Source of the DNA: Nemertoderma westbladi
Lineage: Eukaryota > Animalia > Xenacoelomorpha
Assembly: GCA_032718475.1 (NCBI GenBank)
Contig: JAUCBJ010007196.1
Span: forward strand, 1-45,931
DNA: 45,931 nt
Reading direction: 5' to 3'
The notes beneath the pieces were generated by a model. It was not told where the DNA came from and ran no database searches. It saw only the letters and a program-made list of their open reading frames with translations. This document shows positions 36,412-45,931 of the stretch, in pieces. Every line of letters begins with the position of its first letter. Position 1 is the first letter of the stretch. Position numbers and translations under genes: made by a program.

Positions 36412-37171
36412 TGTTACAACGCAAATTCACTTCGTATGCATTCCTCGTATGCAAATACTCGGAAATGCATAGGAGCGGGTTTGTGATGATTTGCATTGTG
36501 AATTTGTCTGGTGGGTATCAAAACAAAATTTTATTTTCATAAAATGTTTGGAAAAATAAAAAATTTTAAAATTAAAAGTGAACCCAATTACAATTCCAAA
36601 CGCTGCATATAGATGCGTTCTAGAACCTGTCTATAAATATACAGTAATTTGAAAGTCGTGAAGCCTGGAAAATAGTATCTAGACACCATGGTGATGGCTA
36701 TATTATGTAGGAGTGTAAATTGAGTTCAGTAACTTCCACAGATTGGTGCCAACAGTACAACAACCAAGGTGCTAAAGGTTAGTAGCACCAGAGGCGTACA
36801 CAGACCCCACTCAGTAGTTTGCAGTGGTGTGAGGTATTCGATTATCAAACCTGCGGGTTTGGTATAGTCGAACGCCATAACTATTGTCCTTTCTAACTAC
36901 TGTAGTCTAGTACAAGTATTGGGGAGTAGCTTGGGGCATCAAAAGGTGAGTCGGTCATGGCCAGTTTATCTCCGAAGTTTTTGCGCTATGCATGGGAATA
37001 GGTTAGAAGGTAGTTAGGAATGAGATGGGATCTAGAAAGCCGAACCTGAACTGCTGGAAGGTGGCCGCGTAGCTCGGGAAGTCTGTCCCTCCGCATCATC
37101 TAACTGATTTACCCACAGTGTAATTAGTTACGTAATGGACCTAATTGGGATATATATATATACGCGGCAAT

Positions 37172-40106
37172 ATGGAGAAGGAGATTTGAGTGCAACCGAG
37201 GAGAGGTTTCACCGCCAGAGAAGAAGCGGAACTACCATTCACCCGACCTGGGTGTAAGGATTCCAATGTTTACTACTATGGGAGATCGGTAATGGAGTTG
37301 AATGGGAAGTATAACCCCACGCACGAGAAGGAGTTGAGGAGGGAACGGATGCGAGCGTTGGGAGACCGCATGGTGGTTCTACGAAAGGAATATCGCACTC
37401 ATGACCCCTACAACTTTGCCCTTGATGTGTGCGACATTAGCGCCGACCCTGATGAAGGAAATCGCCCGTCTATATCATATGAACATGTATTTATCGCACA
37501 ATGAACCGCTACCTGCAGTCTAAGATAAATTCTACGGGATGCATCTTTACCAGAGGACCCGAGGCGAGGATCAAGAGACGCCAAAGGTTTTCAGCGTATA
37601 GAAGTTGTTCTACAAATGCGGTGAATGCATGAATAAGCAAGACGTAGCGATTCCCGATCAACTGAACGAGCAGAATCCTGAACCGATATTAATGCGGTGT
37701 CAAGCTCATCAGTTTCTTAGATATAATGAGGGAGGTTACCCGATGAGCAACCCAATGATCAGTATTGACTTTAGCGGAAAGAGACCTCCGAGACCCATTA
37801 CGCCGACCATTACGACTTTAGATCCGTATACAGAGATTAAACCCTGTTCGACACCCGCCTTGATAGAAACGGCGGCGTCCATTTCGCTTTACCAAGCCTA
37901 TAAAGACCTAGAGGCGCAGCGCGATGCGGCACGGTACTCGAGTACCAAACCCGCGGGTTTGGAACTCTCGAGTCCCTAGACCACGTTCACTTCGCCACAC
38001 TGAGGGAGAAAGCTCACGCCTGAGCATCAGGACGATATAGACGCATTGCGGCAGGAGGAGCGAGCGGCGAAAGCGAAGCAGTTATTCGAAGAGCGTATAG
38101 CGGAGTACAACAAGACCGCGGATAGACATCAGGAGGAAACTAGGAGAGTGACTGGATTTGTTCCATAGGCTGTATCTCAACCCCGACCGGTGTATTATTC
38201 CGATGGCAACGAACCTGCGATATTGGTAGATCACACGGAGTCGCGAGAAGCCATTCGATTCTTGCCGATGGTGATGTTGTCAGATCATTGGAACGTCGAC
38301 TGCTTATGGGAAGTTTTATGCGCGAAGTTCTTGCGTGATGTCCCGATGATAACGGATTACGATACGTTAGACAAGATCGGAGCTCCGGGGAAGGAGAGTA
38401 AGTTATTTGGTTGGTTGGACAAGTATATAAAGGTATGGGTCGCGGTGGCTACGTTCCCAGACAACGAGGAGGTAGATCAGGCATGGCTGAGGAGGAAGGG
38501 TTCCTATACCCAATATGATGACCACAAAGTTTTCGAGCACATGTAGACCCCATCCGACGAGATCCAGCGTCAATGGAGGAAGACGGAGGAATCCCTAGAG
38601 GATTGGCGCGTAATGTTTTACGACTATGAGGGAGGGTCTTATCAAGAGTGCCTAACTAGTAAGTGCATTCAAATTCGCGCGGCCAATGGCGTGACTCATG
38701 TATTTATGCGCGTGAGGGCGGACTGAGAGAGACCGGAGCCCATCATAACGACGCAATATCGGCGAGGGAAGGATCCTAGAGAGCAGATCTTGGAGGTATG
38801 TAGGCGAGGGGGTATGCACAGAGCGGAGCGTATCGATGCCAGGATGTTACCCAAGAAAGTTAGAGAGGCGATTCTCAACCAGGATTACGTCAAGGTGGGA
38901 TCAGGAGTCCAAAGTGATTTGGAGAGTGACTTCAACGCCATGATGGATTTGGAGGATCGATTGCCGAGACCGTTTGTCGACACCAAGCTATTATTGCTAT
39001 GGGCGCAAGATATTGGAATTTATAGGGAGTACCCAAACTCTGCTAAGACTGGTATGGGCTTTATAGCGCATTTGTTGTACAACTGGGACTTCAAGTTGAA
39101 GACGCAAAAGGAATATGAGGAGGCGTACGGTGAATATAACACGCCGCTGGGAGCGGAGTTCAAATCCCACTTTAAGCGGCAAGCGATAGTGTATTGGAAC
39201 ATCTGCGCGCCACCCCATGTGTCGCTGCAATATTACTTGGTACTGGAGTCGTACACGGTAACTTGTTTAGTCGCGGATATCATTGCGCGAGTTCTGAAGC
39301 GTCATCCATTGGTGTTCGGAGGAGATCAATACGTTTGTTCGAAAGAAGGAATCCAATCCGACGTGATGAAGCGTTTCTTAACCCTGTTCTTCAACCAATC
39401 GCTAGAAAACACGTCGATGGTTAGGAGAGGATTAGCGATATTCGAAAGAGTATATTGACAGAACATCGGAGATTTGGGAGACTGACCTTTGATGGAGTAT
39501 CCGATGCCAGAGGCCTTGGAGAAGTGGTTCGGGAATCAAACCCACGGGTTTGGTACTCCCGTCCTCTTGGAGGTAGATAGACCCGTTAGAGAGGGTTGGC
39601 CCGAGACATTAGTGGAGGTGTTCGGAATGGATCTCCCGGTGGAGAAGATATATCAGAAACGGACGCGGGAGGAAATATTGGAGATCGAGGACAAAGGCGA
39701 GGATGTTTACTTTGTTCCTGATCGACAACATTTGACCGGAGAGGACGACATCGTTTTAGACATTGGGAAGGAAGGGAGTGCGAAGCCGATTGGAGACCTC
39801 ATATACGAGAGGGCCTGGTTTCCGCAAGCGCGTAGATGCAAGTTGTGCGGCAGTACAAGGCATAGTCAAAAGTCATGCGATGCTGTGGTAGAGGCGGCGC
39901 ATAAGGTTTGCCATTGGTGCAACGAGACTGACCATTCATTCCATACGTGCACTATCTTCATTTCTCAGTGTGGATATTGTGGGGTAAAGGGACACCGTAG
40001 TGCGTGTGACGGGATCCAAGAAGGATCCCGGTTTATCCGGTTTGCAATTCACACGTCCCCGCCGTATGTGAAAGATAAAGGAGTTTACGTTGTTCGTTGT
40101 ATATAA
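37172..40106 (+). pseudogene. Accessory ORF: unknown N-terminal domain + DEDDy-like 3'-5' exonuclease + three Zn knuckles
   Basis: Fragments 37605, 38190, 38790 and 39489 share one frame. Motifs VMFYDYEG, LPKKVREAILNQDYVKVGSGVQSD, FVDT, GMGFIAHLLY, YYLVLE; knuckles CKLC..H..C, CHWC..H..C, CGYC..H..C. Confidence 0.7.
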
Positions 40107-40222
40107 TGTTCGGGATATGTATAGTATAGATATAGACAATGGATAAGATAAATGTTGTTGTATGCAGAAGGCGGGAAACGGTAATTAAAATCCCGGTACT
40201 TCCCTAGCTAAACTATTTCTAC

Positions 40223-40541
40223 TGTAACACCAATAACACTGTGATAACTGAAGTGAGATAATTACTGGTATCTAATGATATATTGCACGGTTTGGCCTTG
40301 CTACTGTACCTAGCCGATGCTTCCCCCCCTGATTGGCTAATATCCCTGTTGGCGCCCTTTGGAGTGTTCCCGTTCACTCCACCTATTCTCTCTCGGTTAG
40401 GGGTTTGGCCCCTGACCCTTATTGTGTTTCTCCTTCCCATTTGTTGGGGTGACACGAGGTTGGGTAATCAACCTCGTGCTCCCAATATTGCTTAATGGTT
40501 AACTTTATGGGTTTGGGTTAGTGGAATTGAATAAGCTAACA
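40223..40541 (-). repeat. 3' LTR of E3 (319 bp)
   Basis: Minus strand TGTTAG...GTTACA directly after a G-rich PPT; related to the solo LTR at 20870. Confidence 0.7.
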
Positions 40542-41116
40542 CTCCCCCCCATGCTATCTTCCCGGTGAGAAGATAGCATCCACCTCAAGTGCGCTACAAT
40601 TCCGCTGGATCCCGATCTATTATCGGGTGTGGGGTGGAACTATTTTCTTTCGGAGCCGGCTTTCCAGGCCGCTCCCGATGGGTATGATATCGCTACCCGT
40701 TTTACCTGGCATCCCATGTCGGGCCGATCGTGCGCTCCTCACACGACTTTTGTTTCCCCAACACTTCGCCACCTCAACTCTACTCTGTTCTCACCCTGGC
40801 TCTCCTCTACTTCTCCTCACTACCGCTCTTACTCTTGGACTTCCCTGTCCCTCACTCAGCCTCTTATTCCTCCCACACACTTGAATTGCATTCGCACTCT
40901 CTCTGCACTCTGCACTATCACCTCTACTCGACCTCCCTTTGACTACCCCATCCCTTCTGACGAATCTCACTCCCCCTTTGTGCCGTCGCACTCAAGAAAT
41001 GTGAACTACGTACGTACATATAATTGCACTTATTTAATTATTTGCATCAGTTTGAATTTGTACTTAATAGTTCGTACGTGCCACGTGGCGCCTTCCAGGC
41101 GTACCACAATGAAGTC

Positions 41117-42131
41117 TCAGTTCATCCCCCCTGACTTTGGGAACCACCTCAAGTCTTTCCCTTTGTCGTCCTCCTCCCTGGGTCGTTTCCTGGTCACTAC
41201 CGCTCCTCTGGGATCCGCTTTCTGTCTTCGGACCCTCGCCGCCACCTCCTTACTGATCCCGGTCGTTGGCTCTTTGGATGCTGGTGTTATCAGCTCCCGA
41301 TATCGCTTCGCGGGTGGCCCCTCCAAGTGGCCCTGTTGTCTCCCCCTGGTGGCGTCCCATATGATCATCTTCATTGCCCGCGGCACTTGCTCCGCCAGGA
41401 AATCCCTGAACTCCCCTCGGTTCTGTGGCGTCCACCTGTCCAAATACCTTTGTGTATTCATCACCCCGGCATACGACGCCGCCATTGCTACCTCTTGATA
41501 GGTAAACGGTAGCCTCCGCTTTATGATCTCCATGTGAGCCTCCTGATTGATAAGGAAGAAACCCCACTTGAACTCCTGGGCCTTCATGCGCTGGCGCGTC
41601 ATGGCCCCGACGTCGGCCCACTCCTCGAATCTTCTGAACTTCTCTTCGTCGTCCATCCAGTCGCACTGGCGTCCGTAGTGTCCCCGAAAGTTGCACTTCG
41701 GACAACGGTTATGCAACCGTGGACACGCCCCCATCCTGTAGAGACAAAAGGTTCCCTTTTGGAACAAACAGCTCCTTTCCTGGTGGGTCTGTCTCCCACA
41801 GTAGTCGCAACCGAGTACCAATGTCTCCCGCCCCACGTCGTCTTTTGTCCCAAGCGATCTCCGCGGTCTGTGGAGTCGCTGGTAGGCGAACTTCTGCACG
41901 TTGGTGTCCCTGTCTACGTCGATCTCTCCGCCCCTCTCGGGCATCATCTCCCCGAATACTACCCGTGGTGCCGTCCCCGGTTGCTCGCCCAACCTGATAG
42001 TGCTCCCCGCGAAATCCATCGCCGGCTCCTCGTGCACCCAGGCCCGCTTGCTGGGTCTATCCCAGAAGGCCCTCGCCCCACTGGCCGTCACCACCCTCCC
42101 GCCAACCCAGTCCGTGTCCGAGTGGCCAATC
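41117..42131 (-). CDS. C-terminal part of the E3 accessory protein with Zn knuckles; frame stays open up to the E4 insertion
   Basis: CDYCGRQTHQERSC...CPKCNFRGHYGRQCD..EKFRRF, similar to E2 CGYCGVKGHRSACD..SRFIRF. Confidence 0.65.
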
Positions 42132-43348
42132 TGTAAAAGCCTTTGCTGAATTGCCCCGTTATTTTTATTATCTTTTACATTAAAATACTCTGTAGTTGAT
42201 TTAATAAGTGTAAGAGACCGTATTATTGCTGTATCGGTGTTTTTAGAGGATCTAAGACCTATTTCCTCCGTATGTGTACTGTGAAAGGCATATTTTATGA
42301 TTCTATGGCAATTCGTGACGCAAAGGGGTGATAGCTACTCTTGAACAGTAGTTACTATGACTACGGTTAACAGCTGACATTCATACGTGTTGATTTCCTT
42401 TGTTCTACGGCGTTTCTCAGTTCAGTCAGCCAATTAGAGCGTTTTTGTGGCTCCTTGTACAGAAAATTTCCGAGAAATGACGCAATGCCTATGTGCAGTG
42501 TTTACATTCAGTCCTGAGCCCAAGAAAGAACGGCTTGGAAGTATTTTGTGCTGTACTGCTTTTTAGTCGTACACTAGTAGGTTTAATTATAAAGGGCATA
42601 TATCCTTTAACTGTAAATATCTCACTGCTGACATACCGGTACTGATGTACCGATCTACCTAACTGTTCAGTTGTTGTTTTATACTGCTATTTACCGTCAG
42701 TTCTTCATAATATGGTTGATGAATTATTATATTTGGAATAACGATAAACAACCCCGAAACCCAATATTCTTGATATACCGAAGGTAAGAGAGAAGGGTTA
42801 CAGATAAACGATTGTGACTTATGTTAAAGTGGTTTGAAGTGAATCCAATGTTATTTGATAGACCCTACATGAGTCAGCCTGTGTTCCTTTTATATGTGAC
42901 TAAAATCAGTGAAGATTGGCAGATTAGTGTGCAGTATTGTGCAGCATAGTGTATGAGTGAGTCTGTTAAAGAAGCAATTCCTAAAGAATGCGCCATATAT
43001 GTGAATTATAATTAAGCCATATCGTTGTGAGTAGTTTAAGTCATAACTCTGTTTATATAGATAAAGCGCCACGTCCTAAAGGAACTGTTAATATTACCGA
43101 AGGTGAATAATATTGTCAGAAATTATATAATACTGTCAGTCGAATAATACATTAGGCTTACATAGCAATAAAAATTAAACCGTCGAACCCAATCTCCCGG
43201 GAATATCCAGCGGGTGAATGGTCGCGCACGGATTGGTTTCGACTAGTGTAGTGAATCAAATACTTGTCATAGACTAAAAGCAGATTTAATATCTAGAAGA
43301 CATCTTAATTTGGTGGGTTAAACTGCCAAAGGTCTGAAAGCGCGAACA
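42132..43348 (+). repeat. LTR-A, 5' LTR of E4
   Basis: TGTAAAAGCC...GCGCGAACA; direct repeat of 6656-7911. Confidence 0.9.
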
Positions 43349-43632
43349 TTAAAGGATATAGCTTCTGTATTGCAGTAGGCAATAAAGCTGAAGTACCGGC
43401 AACCGGTACCCAGTAGGCCTGACTACCTAACCACCCGGACCGGTACCTACAGCAGTACAGGTACAGCAGTATTATTCGATTTTGATAATTATATACCGGT
43501 AGGCCTTAATAATTAATCAGGGACTGCAGCCCTGGTTTTTTATTGAGATTTTTACTTATTTCTGTCAAGTTTTATTTGTTTGTAGGCCAGTATTGAACAG
43601 AAGGCGTGTAAACCTGATCAGATTGTACAGAC

Positions 43633-44192
43633 AATTTGTAGGTTGAGCTGTTGTCTGATTGCTGTTAAGTCCGAACGAGTTACAGTGTGTGTAGATCACC
43701 TGTCCGATTAAGTACGATTAGGAAGTAGGGGCAGCGAACGCAGTGAGGTAAACCCCCAACTAAAGAATAAGTCGCACTACTGGGTTAGAGCGCATACTCC
43801 CTAATCATTTCGGAGTCTGCATGTCCTGTAGTTTATTTAGGCTTGAGAGTAGTCTGCCATCGTTTAGTCTGTACTTTGTTTGTGTAAGTCTGTACGGGTA
43901 GCGTATAATATCATTTAGATAATTTGTAGGCTGGATAGTTGTCTGGCTGTTATTAGGTCTGAACGGATTGCCGCGTGTGTAGATCATCTGTCCGATTAAG
44001 TACGGTTAGGCAGTAAGGGCAGCGAACGCTGTAAGGTAAACCCCAACTAAAGAATAAGTCGCACTACTGGGTTAGAGCGCATACTCCCTAACCATTTCGG
44101 AGTCTGCATATACCGTAGTTTGTTTAGGCTTGATAGTAGTCTGTCAGTGTTCGGTCTGTATTTTGTTTGAGTAGTTTGTACGCGTAGCGTAA
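43633..44192. repeat. 288-bp tandem duplication in the E4 leader
   Basis: Units start aatttgtagg at 43633 and 43921; identical core ggtaaacccccaactaaagaataagtcgcactactggg. Confidence 0.9.
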
Positions 44193-45516
44193 TATTTATT
44201 ATTCAGAGTTTATGCGATTATTCGCAACATTCAAGTCCCCAAGTTTGTTCCTACAGTAATTGTGTTTGTTATACATACCGCTATAGTTAAATTAACCTCG
44301 GTACTACACGGGCTGCTTGGCGTAGGTAAAGACTGGTGATTTTGTGCATCGGTCACTCCAGCAGATGCCGTGGTTCTTTTAGCTGTTCAAGTATATTTAA
44401 CTACTGATTATTTGTTATACAAGTACTCGTACCTAATTTAGGGTTTAGTGTATAGTACTTTCCGAAGTAATTATTGTAGACATTATATCTGTGTTGTAAA
44501 GTGGTTGATAGGCACATTCGATTAGCTCTATTAACTTCTAGGTAGGAACACTCCGTGATACATAACGTAGAACCTATAGCGATACGGCTATAGGTCGTCA
44601 GGCGGTGGTATTTTCCTATCTAGACAACGCAGTGTATTTACTACTACTTATTATTTCAAATACCGTAGTACCCTGTCCGTGTAATAACCAGTTTTCTAAC
44701 CCTTTGTTAGGCTGGTTTGTAGACTTCTTGTAAAATTACCCTAAAAATTCGTATTTGTGTTTTGTAAATTTTGTGTTTATTTAGAGATTGTAATCTCACC
44801 CGAATTGTACGTAATTTGTAGTATTAAGTAACTTAGGTAAATTAGAATTATTTGTTTTAGTGTCTTATAAGTAACACTTCATTGAAAGCGCACCGCTTTG
44901 TGTAGTGATTACTCCCCAGAAATAATAACATTTATTTCAAACATTGACAAAACCCACTAAAACGGGTATATATATATTATAAATCAAATCTAACGATTTA
45001 TAAATCGTAGGCCTACCATACAACCATTAGGTCTCAATATCAGTTGGATTACTGCTCAAATAACGGTAATAAAGTAAGTAAAGTAACCAAGTAACCCTAA
45101 AATTCAGAAATTCAATTATTTAAAATAATTGATATACCGGTATTTACGATAGGCCTATTATCTTTATTTCTATAAATTTAGGCTGAAATTATACCGGTAC
45201 TTGTAATTAATTCTAGTCCAGAATTATATATACTACAAACTGTAAGCTGTATACCGGTATTCCGATAGGCCTATTATATATTTATATATATTGTGCTAAA
45301 ATTATACCGGTATTCTGAGATAAACCTAGTCTGTAATAATACTTATATAGTTATATATACTATAAGTATACCGGTATTCTAATATATTATATATATATCA
45401 CGCTACACTGAGTAGCAGTAACGGTAATTAATTACTAGGCTAGCAGTTCATACTGAGTTACTAGACTTGCTTAGACTGTAATATAGCAGTAGGCATTCAA
45501 CTGTACATACCTAGTC

Positions 45517-45931
45517 ATGTCTGATACTAAGCAGAACCTGTCAGACAGTTTATTAGATGTAACTATCTGCGACTCAGATAGAGACGTACAACCGTCTGGT
45601 CGTAAATCCAGTTCACCTCCCACTGTGAGGAAGGTCATCCCTCCAGTAGTAATAACAGATCCTAGGCTAGTCCAACATCGTAGGTCTATCATAGGCACCC
45701 GAGCTCAGGTCAAGCGGGACCAACAAGTGGCGGAACAGCAACAACCCGCTAGTCAAGAACTTATTCCTCAGCGGCCCAGCAGCTCCAGTAGTGAGGATAC
45801 TGTAGAGCTGACACCCGAGAGCGGAGCAGAGATGACGGATGCGGTTTATACGGATCCCCTTCTCATCCTTCCTGCAGCTGTGCTCGCTGGGTTATTGATC
45901 GCGGTGGAAGAACACCAGATCGATTGGGCGA
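45517..45931 (+). CDS. Probable gag N-terminus of E4 (partial; not in the ORF track)
   Basis: ATG at 45517 opens 138 stop-free codons to the window end (MSDTKQNLSDSLLDV...); identity inferred from position only. Confidence 0.55.
   Translation, partial: MSDTKQNLSDSLLDVTICDSDRDVQPSGRKSSSPPTVRKVIPPVVITDPRLVQHRRSIIGTRAQVKRDQQVAEQQQPASQELIPQRPSSSSSEDTVELTPESGAEMTDAVYTDPLLILPAAVLAGLLIAVEEHQIDWA

Larger units (their letters stand above)
22506..40222 (+). mobile_element. E2: degenerate BEL/Pao LTR retrotransposon with a 3' accessory ORF; 3' end displaced by E3
   Basis: Order gag-PR-RT-RH-IN with Pao-type motifs; many stops and deletions; the 5' boundary is inferred. Confidence 0.8.
40223..42131 (-). 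mobile_element. E3: 3' end of an LTR-B-family retrotransposon inserted antisense into E2 and interrupted by E4
   Basis: Minus strand: knuckle ORF, 3' UTR, PPT GGGGGGGAG (40542-40550), then the LTR. Confidence 0.75.
42132..45931 (+). mobile_element. E4: 5' part of an LTR-A-family element (5' LTR, ~2.1-kb leader, start of ORF)
   Basis: LTR-A copy with no upstream PPT, followed by a leader and an ORF that runs off the window. Confidence 0.75.

Noticed and set aside
37172-40106. env gene
   Set aside because: No signal peptide, transmembrane anchor or fusion-protein pattern seen; nuclease and knuckle motifs instead.
40629-42149. Plus-strand ORFs overlapping E3
   Set aside because: Antisense shadows of a GC-rich coding strand.

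Overview
Eukaryotic, transposon-dense window (probably invertebrate) with no recognisable host gene. It is a nest of LTR retrotransposons, mostly BEL/Pao. E1 (1-~13233, +) keeps gag, three Zn knuckles, protease and an intact integrase, but RT and RNase H are deleted in frame. It is interrupted by the 3' half of another element (EN) whose LTR (LTR-A, 6656-7911) recurs at 42132-43348. A rolling-circle-like region (13.5-21.8 kb) holds a 3-kb tandem duplication and a solo LTR. E2 (~22506-40222, +) is a degenerate near-complete BEL/Pao element with a 4.36-kb (TATTCC/CATTCC)n satellite in its putative 5' LTR. Downstream of integrase it has a ~2.9-kb accessory ORF encoding a DEDDy-like 3'-5' exonuclease plus three Zn knuckles. 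E3 (minus strand, 40223-42131) has an unrelated short LTR but a homologous triple-knuckle 3' ORF. E4 (42132 to the window end) is inserted into E3. The most interesting signals are the shared accessory exonuclease/knuckle cassette with a conserved intron and second PPT-like motif, strong sense-strand excess of U1 donor consensus in gag-pol, a non-tRNA primer site complementary to its own LTR, and family-specific repeated tetraloop hairpins. All calls come from motif reading by eye; no database searches were run.
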